From positions 46,438,001 to 46,502,000 of the forward strand of contig NC_043001.1 in assembly GCF_006345805.1 (NCBI RefSeq): DNA of 64,000 nucleotides, read 5' to 3'. This document shows, one piece after another, positions 50,633-64,000 of the stretch. The notes below the pieces were generated by a model. It searched no databases, was not told the origin of the DNA, and saw nothing but the letters and a program-made list of their open reading frames with translations. Numbering within the stretch: the first letter of the stretch is position 1; the number at the start of each line of letters is the position of its first letter. The stretch comes from Octopus sinensis (taxonomy: Eukaryota). Both the position numbers and the translations under genes were made by a program.

Positions 50633-52045
50633 CTTCCGACGTAATATTGGCCACATTATTACATCCAATGAGGAACGTTGAGTTCATCTCCCACCACAGC
50701 TGGAACCTGACAGGTACTACTTCTTCGGGTCAGAAAAAACAGGGAACAATAGTGGCTAAAAGGGGGTTCCGCACTCCTCAGAATACTGGAACTCCTGAAC
50801 TAGGGTCCTTATGACAAGTTACAGTTTAAGGTCATATTCTGAGTAGTAGCATCTCTCGGCGTTCCAGCTATGTGTTCATTAGCAAACCATGAAATTGCCT
50901 TCGCTAGAAGATTACTCATAGACACCCCAACGGATCCAGGACAAGTGAGGCCCTTCAGTTCTTTAGCAGCTCAGCCAAGTAAAGTAACTCCATACAAATC
51001 CTGCATCCTGATAAGTACTGACCTCTTGTATGCTACTTGTTGCACGGGACCAATACAGGTTGAAAAGACGAGAGGGTGGGACTAGTTCTGCACAAACCAT
51101 GTCCACTATAATAATAAAACAACCAACACTAACACAACACTTCACAAGTCCTGGTGTGGTAGAGAAAGAGGCAACGAGGACAAGTAGTGGATGCTACTGG
51201 ACGTCTTCAGCTTTGATTCTGTACATAGGCGGCTACAGAGTGAAGGCCATCGTCTGTGTCTTGTTGAACCGTCATCTGTCGAAGTAGCGAGAGTCTCCAT
51301 GTACGAGGTACATAATGTAAACCCATAAACATGTCCATATAGTTGACAAACCAGTTGGCTAGTATGCGTACATTAGGACAATTCTTAGACCACACATTTT
51401 CTCGGTGAAAGCTCGGAGCACAACAGCAGTGTAACCAGTTCTTCTAAATGGACTACCTGGAGTATCGCAGCAGTGATTCTGTCATCAAAGGGCAACCACT
51501 TTAGAAAGCCTGTTTCCACTAGAACTGTTATCATTCTTTTGGGGGTTTATTAAAAGGCCAGTGTCTGGCTGAGGATCCTCGAAAGACTTTATCCATTTAT
51601 CCTTTACAACTGCTTGGTGTTGGGCATCCTAACACCTGTTTCGCAGCATCTGTTGTTTTTACAGATTTTATCTGTGAGTCGGTGGGTTCGGATCTGGTTG
51701 GTTGAGTTGACCTTTAGTGAGCAATTAGATCCTACAGACAGCTTTTTTGGGTGCTGGTATTAACGAATCTTTCTTTTGTGGCTTTGAGATGGAAAATGAA
51801 TAAAAAATTAAAGGGGACAAAAGAGGCGAAGAAGACAGAAACGGGGAGAAGGGAGTGAAGAGGAGAGGAGAAATAAGGGGAGAGAAGAAATAAGTGGAAA
51901 AGAGAGAGAAGAGAGAAAAGACAAGCAACAAAGTAAGAAACGTATGAAATATGTGCTATTACGCGTATAATGATATTGAGAGAAAGTGAGAGAGAGAGGG
52001 ATTGAAAATGAGTGTGTATGTGTAAGAGAGAAAGCGTGTGCGAGA

Positions 52046-52077
<32 letters not shown>

Positions 52078-52294
52078 AGGGGAGAGGGAGGGAGGGAGAG
52101 AGCACTCGAAAGAAAAGATCACTTGAACCACATCTGGAGTCGTCAGGTTTGGTAAGTAATATTGTGTTCTTGTCAAATTTATAAACACGGAAACGTCTAC
52201 ACATGAATATAATAAAAAAAAAACCATGATGATGATGATCATCATCAACAACATCAATAACAACAAATGCTACTACTACTACTACTACTACTAT

Positions 52295-52341
<47 letters not shown>

Positions 52342-52949
52342 TTTCTGCGTAATCCACTTCTAATTCTATTAACACAACCTACACAGCACGTGCACAACCA
52401 GAATCTGCGAGTAAACAAGAATAGGACTGAAAAACAGAGGGCGAACAAAGAGTCATGCAACACCCATTCCAATACGATTCGTCATTGCATGCTGGCGTGT
52501 TCAGTGTGGTTCTTGAACAGACAGAGATGATTTGGAGCAGAAGCATGAAGGTTGCACATCATCGTTTGACCGACAACCTCATCACCACAGGTCTGATTGG
52601 TCAGGGCTGAGAGAGAACCACAACAACAACAACAACACAACAACAACAACAACAACAACAACAGCAACATCAACAACAGCCACAACGGCAACAATAAAAA
52701 TTCTTCTGGTGGAGCAGCAAAGAAATTAAACCTAGACAAAATTTACATGGAAGTAAATTGAGGATGGAAAGGGAAAAGCTCTCTTCCAGTAAATTTTTCA
52801 AAAGGTGGGTATCTTTAACTAAAAGAGTTAAGGTGAGTGGATCTACTCTAAGTATGCGCTTGTAGATTCGAGAACAATGGGGAGTGGATTGTGTCTCAAT
52901 GACCCCGAGAGTTATGTAAGCGGAGTTCAAGCTCCCGGTGGGAATCCCA

Positions 52950-53235
52950 TTCTGATGATCAAAAGATAGAAGCACACTAATAGAGGCTATGTTTTCCCAG
53001 AGGGAAAAGTGGGTTTGCAAAGGCCTAACACCCCGAAAGTAAAGTTTCAGAAGTAACAATGACAATTCAAAGCGAACAAGATCTGGGAGAGAAAGGCCTT
53101 CGGTGCAGCAAAATCAAAATGGAGGTTGCAACGCCAACTGCTCTTCTGACCATCAGGACAGCTCAAAGTCGAGATCAGTGGAAAAAATGTTGTCGATGGC
53201 CCATGCGCCATAGGCAGCGAAAAGCTTAACTAAAT
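52950..53235 (+). mobile_element. Possible RTE-1-type LINE 3' end
   Basis: With one frameshift reads AQSRDQWK-NVVDGPCAIGSEKLN*, resembling RTE C-termini (AQDR..WR..V.GLC). Confidence 0.4.
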
Positions 53236-54269
53236 ACCTTGGACTATGGATAGTGGCCTTGGTGATCAGGGTCATCATGGAACTGTGGGGTTCTTTGATT
53301 GACTTAAGCTGGAACTTCTCTTCTATCAAGACGACTGTATCTTTTGTAGGTTCCTATATTTTTTATACTATCTGTACTTCTCGTCTCATTACTTTCCTAC
53401 TCCCTTTTTATATAAACCCCACCCCTACACACAATTTGTAATATCCTCCTCATCCGGTACATAAAAGAAAATCATCATCATCATCACCATCATCATCGAT
53501 AGTATTAGTAGCAGCAGCAGCAGTAGCAGCAGTAGAAGTTGCAGTAATAGTAGCAACACCAGTAGCAGCAGCAGCAGTAGTAGTAGTTCGGATAAATAAA
53601 TGGAAGTCTTTAATATATCTTCTGATATTATGTTGTTCTGTTTTTTTATCTATCTATTTATTTATTTATTTATATATTTATTATATTTAATCATTTATGT
53701 TGGTGGCGGTGGTGGTGCTGGCGGTGGTTGGGGAATTTGCCAGAAATTCTCCAAGGGGATTTCCCAACTGCCATCCAGTTAATTAGAAACATTATTATTA
53801 ATATGGCTTTGTCGCACAAAGGTGTGTTTGTTGTGGTTACGACGCCTCTACCAATAGCTGCCGTCATTCAAACTTCTCAATCACCAATGACCTTCTTACT
53901 CTCTTTCTTCCGCTCTCACTTTCCTCCACTTTTCTTCATTTCCTTCCCTCGCTCCATCTCTCCGTCTCTCTCTCCGTCTCTCTCTCTCTGTCTTTTACTC
54001 TCCTCTCTTTTTCTTTCTATCTTCTTTGCTTTATGTCTCTTCTTTTCTTTTTGTATTTTTTTTGCTTTTTTACTTTTTGTCTCTTTATCTTCCCTTTTTA
54101 TCCCCCCCCCCCCTTTTTTTCTTTCTTCTCTGTTCTTCGCATATTTACTTGATTGTAAACCAAGGATGAGGGTTAGTTGATCAAATCTTCCTTCAAACAA
54201 CAAATTACATTGGTGAAACAATTATTATAATTATAAACTAATTATATTGGATTGGCGAATAATTAGACC

Positions 54270-55070
54270 GTCAAGCAAACTGCAGCGCGGTATTTACTCC
54301 GGCTCTTTACGTTCTAAGTTCAAATCCTGTTAAAGTTAACTTTACCTTTCATCACTACAGGGTCGATAAGATACAGTGTGGTTCTTAGCCACGGAGAAAA
54401 ACAGGGCAACTGACGTAGAAATAATTAACTATACTCCTATCCCCAACTTGGTGGTTTTGTGCCTTATGCTAAAAACAATAAGGATGGTTGCTTGATAGAA
54501 TCATTAAAGCAACGGCATTTATTTGGACTTTTGTGCTTTGGATTCAAATCCCGCCGAGGTCAACTTTGTGTTTTATTTTCCAGGATCATTAAAATAAAGT
54601 AGTAGTCATATCCCCCAAAATTGTAACCTTGTTCCCATCTCAGAATCTGTTATAATTATATTGGTATCAAATTTTGGCACTAGGCCAGCAATTTTGTGGA
54701 GGGGGTAAGTCGATTACATCGACTTGAGTACTCAACTGGTACTTACTTTATCGACCCCGAAAGGATGATAGGTAAAGTCAACCTCGGCGGAATTTGAACT
54801 CAGAACGCAAAGACGGACGAAATGCCATTAAGCATTTTGCCCGGCCTGCTAGCGATTCTTTTCTGCTCAAGGCATAAGGCCTGAAATTTTGGTGGAGGGG
54901 GCCAGTCAATTAGATCGACCCCAGCACGCAACTGATAATTAATTTTTTGTCCCCGAAATGATGAAAAGCGAAGTCGACCTCGGCGGAATTTGAACTCAGA
55001 ACGTAAAGACAGACGAAATGTCGTTAAGCACATTGCCTGACCTGCTAGCGATTCTGCCAGCTCACTGCCT
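54270..55070. mobile_element. Cluster of four SINE family A copies
   Basis: Two decayed plus-strand copies (~54270-54650) and a fused minus-strand dimer (~54655-55070, junction ~54855). Confidence 0.75.
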
Positions 55071-55361
55071 TAAAAACTACCTTAATTATATTATGTTTTC
55101 TTTTGTTTTTACTTCCTAACAATGTCTTGTTCAAATATTGAGACAGAGATATATATTAAAATAAACACGCACGCATGCCGCCATCCACACACACACACAC
55201 ACACACATATATATGCACATGCACACACACGTACATAGAAGCACATGCCGAGTAATAGACAGCCACACACAGACATACACACACACAACGTATACAAATC
55301 AGCCTTAAACTCCGAGCAGCAAGATTGTGAAGATTAGTTACCAACTAATGAATATAATTGT

Positions 55362-55690
<329 letters not shown>

Positions 55691-56089
55691 TACATAAGTA
55701 GCACACCTTCAAACGCAAGAATACTCAATACCAAGTTAGGAAACTGAAAGTATGTATTAGTGTAAATACACTTTTGAAAACCGAATCTAAGAGATCAGCG
55801 GTAAAATAGATTAAAGGGATTTAAATACTTAAAGTTGAATATCTTGGCAAACAACTATTGATGCAGAGATGTCGTTTAAGATCGTTTTGATGCTACCATG
55901 TGGTTTCACCTTCGGATTGAGTATTAACTCACATTATTAAATCTTGTCAAATGTCTATGGAAAAGTTCAAATTTAAGAAGAGATTAAACGAATACATTAG
56001 TGTGTGTTTGTTTTGTCGACTGCCATTTTGTCTTGCATACACATGATGGTGTGTTGCATGGTTTGTTTACACTCAATCTGGAGTCATAC

Positions 56090-56126
<37 letters not shown>

Positions 56127-56158
56127 TGTATGTATGTATGTATGTATGTATGTATGTA

Positions 56159-56245
<87 letters not shown>

Positions 56246-56248
56246 ATG

Positions 56249-56288
<40 letters not shown>

Positions 56289-56289
56289 C

Positions 56290-56352
<63 letters not shown>

Positions 56353-56413
56353 CATATACGTTTGTATGTATGTACGTTCCTCCGAACGTATGTATGCATG
56401 TATATATATATAA

Positions 56414-56503
<90 letters not shown>

Positions 56504-56519
56504 TATATAAAACATATAT

Positions 56520-57736
56520 AACACTGACAACTCATTAACAGATATATTTACCAAAATTACATAAAAGTATCTTGAAATACAAACGAATAAATTTATTCAA
56601 TAAAATCGCCATTGGCTTCAACCACGGCCTCCAGACAACTTCGGAATCTCCTGTAGTTCTTCTGCACGTTCTCCTTGTTTAAGTTGGTGAATGCTGCCAT
56701 AATCCTTTCTTTCAGTTGATCTTTGATGTTACAAGGAGTTTTGTTGGTCTCTCGCTCAACTGCGCCCCACACATAATAATCAAGGGAGTTGCAGTCTGGG
56801 GAGTTAGTGGCCAGATGTTAGGTGTGATCTAGTCGCAGAAATTGTCTAACAGGCATGACTGAGTTCTCTTGCTTGTGCGGCATGTTGCCAGACATAGAAT
56901 CTTCCATTAGCCACCCGCTTGACCCAGGGCAGCACTACCTCCTCCAGGTACTTGATGTAGGCCTCCGTGTTGAGTTTGAGGCCGTGTGGGAAGATGAATC
57001 GAGGCATAACGTCGCCATCACTAGTGATCACTCCAAATACCATGATGTTGATTGGAGGTTTGCTTTTTATCATTCTAGGTACATGTTTTGGGGACACGGC
57101 AAGCCAACGGTCGTTCTGTGTGTTCATCTGATCCTGGTAGAATTTTTTCTCGTCTGAGAAAAAGCAAAGCATGTTCGGTTGGAGGGAATGCTCGAGTTTG
57201 TTCAAAAGCTTCTTAGCGCTGTCTTCAACTCTTGTCCTTGATCTCTTGGGATAAAAAGTGGCCCTTTCTCATTTTGTATGAGGAATACCGAATGTCTTCA
57301 TGCACTACCTACCTGATAAGAAACTTAGTCACTCCCATATCCCTGGCGATGGACCTGATTAACTTGGAGAAATCGTTGTCAATCATGGCCTGGATCTCTT
57401 TTCGTATCAGAATGATCAAAGTGAGTTTTTCGTGCAGCCGTACTTTCTTAATCACCATTAGACTCATCCAACTCTTGCCGAATCCAATGCATTGTCCCCA
57501 TTTTGACACCCAAACTCCCTGAAATGTTCGTATTGGAGTTCCTGGCGCGAATGCCAAGCAGTGCAGCATATCGTTTCAAAATTTGTAGCAGAGTGAATTG
57601 CATCATGGTGCTGTTTTTCACACAGACGGTGCCCAACTGACCCTACCATACTGTGTAGTCAACAAAATCAATAACAAACAATGCGCATAAGCGAAATAAA
57701 AATATAAAATGGCGACAATTTACCCATCGCACTCTG
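56520..57736 (-). mobile_element. Tc1/mariner transposon remnant, maT (DD37D)-like
   Basis: IQAMIDND..SIARDMGV (HTH), FFSDEKKF..NTQNDRW, MVFGVITSDG, NSPDCNSLDYYVWG, ending EANGDFIE*; 5' TIR CAGAGTGCGATGGGTAAATTGTCGCC; a frameshift prevents counting the catalytic spacing. Confidence 0.8.
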
Positions 57737-57738
57737 TG

Positions 57739-57772
<34 letters not shown>

Positions 57773-57789
57773 ACACACACATACATATA

Positions 57790-58182
57790 TACTCTTTTAT
57801 TTGTTTCGGTCATCTGGTTGCGGCTATGCTGGAGTACCGCATTTAGTTGAACAAATTGACCCCAGGACTTATTCTTTGTAAGCCTAGTACTTATTCTATC
57901 GGTCTTTTTTGCTGAGCCGCGAGGTTACGGGGACGTAAACTCACCAATATCGGTTGTCAAGCGATAGTAGGGGGGACAGATGAACAAACACACACACACA
58001 CACTCACACACACACACACACATACGACGGGCTTCTTTCAGTTTCCGTCTACCAAATCCACTCAGAAGGCTTTAGTCAGCCCGAAGCTATAGAGGAAACA
58101 CTTGCCAAAGGTGCCACGCAGTGGGACTGAACCCGGAACCACGTGGTTGGTAAGCAAGCTTCTTACCACACAGCCACTTCTG
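57790..58182 (-). mobile_element. SINE family B, full length
   Basis: Matches 3880-4320. Confidence 0.85.
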
Positions 58183-58477
58183 CATAATCTATTTTTCTGT
58201 TTGCATTAGTGAAACCAGAAGCAGTTGATGCGCTATAAAGAATAGCGTGTAAAATATTGGGTTAAAAACATATTGGACAGAAAAGTTGAAGGTTACCTGT
58301 CAACACAGACACAGAGACACACAAACACACACACATACACTTACATATATATATGTGTGTATCTTTCTGTGTGTGTGTGTGTGGTGTGTGTGTGTGTGCA
58401 CATTTGTTGCGTGTTGAAGATGGCTCCTACCGAGAAACTCTGAGTAATAACAGAATGATTCGTCAAGAATACATTCT

Positions 58478-58686
58478 TATTTCTTATTTCTTTATTGCCC
58501 AAAAGGAACTAAACGTATGGGGACAAACAAGGACAGACAAACGGATTAAGTCGAATACATCGACCTCAGTGCGTAACTGGTACTTAATTTATCGACCCCG
58601 AAAGGATGAAAGGCAAACTCGATCTCGGCGGAATTTGAACTCAGAACGCAAAGACAGACGAAATACCGCTAAGCATTTCGCCACCT
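58478..58686 (-). mobile_element. SINE family A monomer with the alternative tail
   Basis: Ends ...GGGCAATAAAGAAATAAGAAATAAGAA on the minus strand; this tail is the spacer seen inside the trimers. Confidence 0.8.
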
Positions 58687-59237
58687 TCTAGATATACACT
58701 CTATGTGATGTGTTGCTATTTTTTTTATTCTTCGACCAGTTTCACTAATCAGACTGCAGCCATGCTAGGTTTCCGCTACAAGAGTCTAAATCTGCAAGGG
58801 CTTTTGCTGGAATGGAATGCTTTGATGAAAAGCATTGCAAAATGAGACTTAACCTGGTAGTGGTGGTGGTGATTTTGGTGGTGGGAGGTTAAAGCACAAC
58901 AAAAACCATGCCTAAAACCCTGCTTCCAGTTCTTGAAACAAGTTCTCTTATATCACTTCATTTTCTTTGCTGTCCCACCCTTCGAGGAAACACGAAAATG
59001 AAAACATCCCATTTATTTCCTTACCTAAAAGACATAAGGCCTTGTTTCTACTCAAAAGAACTAATATTTAGACAAGCATATTTTTCAACATAACATCGGG
59101 TTATGTTATTCTTTTACGAAACACATTCCAAAGATGGCTATACATATATGCATAACTTATTTACATACATACAAAACATACACGTATGTTTATTTTACAT
59201 ATATGTGTATACAATACATATATATATATGTCTATAT

Positions 59238-59287
<50 letters not shown>

Positions 59288-59408
59288 CATACAAACATAT
59301 GTGTATATACGTATATACATAGTGTGAGTATAAACATATACATACATAGATACATACATATGTATGTATGTATGTATAAATACACACACACACACACAGA
59401 TATATATA

Positions 59409-59453
<45 letters not shown>

Positions 59454-59648
59454 GTATTATTATGTATATATGTATGTATATATGTATGTATAACAAGAAA
59501 TAATTTTCGTTTTATGGAAACAAGTGTTATATATATATAAAACTGCAAAAAAAGTGCTCAAGTGAAAACTGAGACAGAGACAAGAAGTCATTAATTAGAG
59601 AACACCCTTCTACACATTTCAACACATATTATAATACCATGGTCTTCA

Positions 59649-59690
<42 letters not shown>

Positions 59691-59788
59691 TAGCACAGAA
59701 GGTAAAAAAAATATATATTGCAATAATATATATTTGAGTTTGTTCTCTAATCAATGATTTTATATATAAGTACACGCACACTACTCAC

Positions 59789-59820
<32 letters not shown>

Positions 59821-59961
59821 ACACACCACACAACACACCATATTTTGAAATTGAATATAGGATAAAATCTATATAAGAAAGTTTAAGTAGTCAGCTTGAA
59901 AACCATATAAAGGGAAAAATTTATAATTATTCCCTTTAAATTACATTTTTATTATATTTAA

Positions 59962-60446
59962 GGCATTACTACATGTAAATGCTCATGCTGTTGAGAGACT
60001 CTTAAAGTCAAAATACCATAATAAATATACACAGTGTACTGACAGCGAGGGAATGCAATTTGGAAGTCACTCTTAAAAACCGATCAGCCGCAAATCATAT
60101 GATTTCAAAGTTGTGTACATAATCCATTTCTAATCGTCAGTGCAATCATAATCAAGACACATAAAAATGAACAAAATTCAACATTTCTATGCGCTGTTTG
60201 TGGATACATTAGTGTTCGTCTGGTATGGCTGAATTTGTTCATTTTATGACTTGATTATGCCTGCGGTGAATATTAGAAAATGAATTATGTACCACGAACT
60301 TTGAAATCATATGATTGCGGCTGAATCGGTTTTAAGAGAGCGATTTCTAAGTTGCATTCCCTCGTGCCGATACACTATAATTTATTATGGGACTTTTGAC
60401 TTTAAGAATCCTTCATAAGCGTGAGGCATTTACTGTTGTACTGCTC
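59962..60446. mobile_element. TTAA-flanked fold-back MITE (second copy 61012-61502)
   Basis: Imperfect ~230 bp inverted arms; TTAA at 59958-59961 and 60447-60450. Confidence 0.65.
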
Positions 60447-60590
60447 TTAATAAAAATTAATATAATATAATATATGTATGCACAGCGTGTACCGTTGGCG
60501 ATTTTTTTCTCGGTCTTCCCTTCTCTGGATCTTTCCTTCTCCCATGTTTCCGACGAAGAGCTCAACTCGAAACGTTAAACCATCCTTCTT

Positions 60591-60690
60591 NNNNNNNNNN
60601 NNNNNNNNNNNNNNNNNNNNNNNNNNNNNNNNNNNNNNNNNNNNNNNNNNNNNNNNNNNNNNNNNNNNNNNNNNNNNNNNNNNNNNNNNN
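60591..60690. other. Assembly gap (100 N)
   Basis: Run of N. Confidence 1.
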
Positions 60691-60700
60691 ATATATTATA

Positions 60701-60759
<59 letters not shown>

Positions 60760-60858
60760 CACAGAAGGTAAAAAATATATATGCAATATATATATATTTG
60801 ATGTTTGTTCTCTAATCAATGATTTTATATATAATACACGCACACACTCACACACACA

Positions 60859-60896
<38 letters not shown>

Positions 60897-61529
60897 TTTG
60901 AAATTGAATATAGGATAAAATCTATATAAGAAAGTTTTAAGTAGTCAGCTTGAAAACCATATAAGGGAAAAATTTATAATTATTCCCTTTAAATACATTT
61001 ATTATATTTAAGGCATTACTACATGTAAATGCCTCATGCTGTGAGAGACTCTTAAAGTCAAAACTACCATAATAAATACACAGTGTACTGACAGCGAGGG
61101 AATGCAATTTGAAAGTCACCTCTTAAAAACCGATTCAGCCGCAAATCATATGATTTCAAAGTTCGTGTACATAATCCACTTTCTAATCGTCAGTGCAATC
61201 ATAATCAAGACACATAAAAATGAACAAAATTCAACATTTCTATGCGCTGTTTTGGATACATTTAGTGTTCGTCTGGTATGCTGAATTTTGTTCATTTTTA
61301 TGACTTGATTATGCCTGCGGTGACTATTAGAAAATGAATTATGTACACTAACTTTGAAATCATATGATTTGCGGCTGAATCGGTTTTTAAGAGGCGATTT
61401 CTAAGTTGCGTTCCCTCGCTGCCGATACACTATATATTTATTATGGTACTTTTGACTTTAAGAATCCTTCATAGCGTGAGGCATTTACGTGTTGTACTGC
61501 TCTTAATAAAATATAATATAATATAATAT

Positions 61530-61740
61530 ATGTATGCGACCTCGCGTGTACCGTTGGCGATTTTTTTCCCTCGGTCTTCCCTTCTCTGGATCTTTCCTTC
61601 TCCCATGTTTCCGACGAAGAGCTCAACTCGAAACGTTAAACCATCCTTCTTTCCTTCTTTCCTGAGCGTCCAATAATACTTTTTTTTTCCACGTCCTCGC
61701 GTTGTTGTTTTTTTTTTGTGCTTTCTTGTTGAATTAACTT
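61530..61740 (+). mobile_element. PLE-like terminal repeat with mutated hammerhead core
   Basis: Homologous to 44800-45006; CCGACGA for CTGACGA at 61611-61617. Confidence 0.55.
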
Positions 61741-61781
61741 ATATATATATATAGGTATATATATATATATATATATATATA

Positions 61782-61821
<40 letters not shown>

Positions 61822-62701
61822 TATATATATACTATAATTTATATGGTGTGTGTGTGTGTGTGTGTGTGTAAGTATGTGTGCGTATGCGTGTTGTGTATGT
61901 ATGTTGGATATGCATTTACGCGTATGTGTATGCATGCACGGGGACCTGTAATTGTATAGACGTGTGTGTATATTTCTGGATATGCGTATGTACGTATATG
62001 CGCTTGCATATGTATGCATATGGACGTGTGCGCGTATATATGCGTACCTACATGCATGGAAATGCGTGTACACATGTACGCGTATCTGTATATAACCATG
62101 TGTATGCATGTAATCATATGTACATGTGTGTAGGCGCATACAGAAGGTCTTAGAGCCTTAACTATGCGCCCTTGTACGTATTCTTTCAGATGTTCCCAAA
62201 TCCCTATCGCAATTATGGCTTCCAAGCATGTGACACTCACCTCACAACCGTTCTCATTATATTCATGTTATGAAAGGGGAAAGAAATTTTCATAATGACG
62301 AAGCTCTCATGAATTACTTGATGAAAAGCCTTGTTTGTTTAAGATTTCGTTGCTAAGGCATCATTAGTAGGCTGGCTTTTTTTCCCCAAATATATTTTTG
62401 TGTTTTTATTAAAACCAACAATTGGCAAAGAAGTCAACCAAACAACGCACAGCGAAATCACATAATTTCATCAACACCAACCTTACAGTAAACTAGCGAT
62501 GAAATGGATGGTATGAAATTGCGATGATGCTTCTATGAATGATTAAATAGATTTCAACAGCTATGAAATCTATTTAATAATGTATGTATAAGAATATATA
62601 TATATATAGATATTATATATATATATAATATATATATAGTATATATATATTATATATATATATATATATTATAATATATATATATATATATATATAATAT
62701 A

Positions 62702-62742
<41 letters not shown>

Positions 62743-62744
<2 letters not shown>

Positions 62745-62908
62745 GAACTTCACGAAAAAAACAAAAGACGAAGACAGGTGTGGTAGAAAACAAACAGATG
62801 TATTAGTATAACGCTCGGGAATTGAAAATGTCGTTTACGTTTCGAGCCTACGCTCTTCCAAAGAAAGGGAACCCAGAAACAAACAAGAGAGAAAAATGTG
62901 TGAGGTGG
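62743..62908 (-). mobile_element. PLE-like terminal repeat fragment with dead hammerhead
   Basis: Minus strand TTTGGAA-GAGC-GTAG-GCTC-GAAACGTA; same family as 31081-31198; flanked by (TA)n. Confidence 0.5.
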
Positions 62909-62917
62909 CTAACGAGC

Positions 62918-62950
<33 letters not shown>

Positions 62951-63660
62951 CATATAAGTTCACGATTCAAGTAAATCAAGTACTTAAATGATAAAACATG
63001 GGTCAGGACAAGAAAAAAAATGTAATCGTGTATACTACGAAATCAGAGGAACAATTACTTACATACCAATATGCAGACAGTTATTCCATCTGTATATACA
63101 ATTAAGTGTACTCGACTGAGTATATTATGAGTTTTAAGGCTGTATTTAGGAACATATACTTCATCAATTGTAATTCGCTTTATAGACTTCAGGTCCACGC
63201 TAATAGCAAGTTCTGAATAAGTTGAATAATAAATAAATAACAACAGAGGCATAGTGGTTCATTCATTACAGCTGCATCACCGTGATCGACCAGGCTATCA
63301 GATGTTGCTGCACATCGCTGATCACAATGCGCTTATATATATACATATGGGAAAAAAAGTCAAGATAGAAAATGCCAAAATAATTTTATAAAAAACATTT
63401 CAGTACCGGTTTCAGTCATTGAGACTTTTCCAGCTGTAAGTATGGAAAATAATTAAATTTTGAAAAATTAAAAGAAAAGTTTTTTAAAAGAGTATTTGTA
63501 TAGTGTTCAAATACAAGTGCATTTTCCTTGTTTCTGCCTGTCTCTGTCTCTCTAGTTTACTCTTGTGGGTTCAAGATCGTTGTGAATTCTTGGTAGGGAA
63601 GAAGAAGAAGGAGGAAGAAAAGAAAAGAAGAATTGGAGTGCCATGACAGTAGTATGTTGA

Positions 63661-63756
<96 letters not shown>

Positions 63757-64000
63757 ACGTTTTTGTGTGCGTGCATAGATATATATAATATATTATATAA
63801 TACACGCACCACAAAACACACAAATCAACATTAAGAATGTAAACGACAGAAAGAGTTCTTAACACATGTAATCATAAATTAAAACAATTTAACGTAGGCA
63901 TACCTACAAACTTTGAATTATAAACCTCACTGCAAAGTCTAAACAAAAGTTAATATCCTTCGATGTTTCAGAAAAATTTTACGTTTGTCATGACTAGTTT

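Noticed and set aside
52950-52980. CTGATGA followed by a tiny hairpin
   Set aside because: No GAAA or helix III downstream.

Overview
Eukaryotic, very AT-rich, microsatellite-saturated non-coding DNA. The repeat repertoire (tRNA-derived SINEs, (TA)/(CA)/(GATA)/(TATG)n tracts, decayed LINE and DNA-transposon remnants) looks like an octopod cephalopod genome; this is inferred from repeat type, not from a search. I recognise no host protein-coding gene: most ORFs in the track are translations of simple repeats, and the others I can identify are transposon remnants. Supported content: two mariner DD34D remnants, a mariner fold-back derivative, a maT/DD37D-like remnant, a pogo/Tigger transposase pseudogene, hAT and TTAA-flanked MITEs, Helitron-like non-autonomous pieces, Penelope-like (PLE) RT and terminal-repeat fragments, RTE, Tx1/L1 and R4/Dong-type LINE fragments, about 30 SINE copies, a tRNA-Asp(GTC) pseudogene, and a 100-N gap flanked by a ~0.9 kb duplication. 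The most interesting signals are (1) minimal type I hammerhead ribozyme motifs with self-complementary helix III in three PLE-like repeat families, two of them arranged as divergent pairs inside long inverted repeats, and (2) head-to-tail SINE concatemers fused at short microhomologies, one trimer being enclosed by a single target-site duplication. Coordinates were counted by hand, so ends of decayed elements are approximate.
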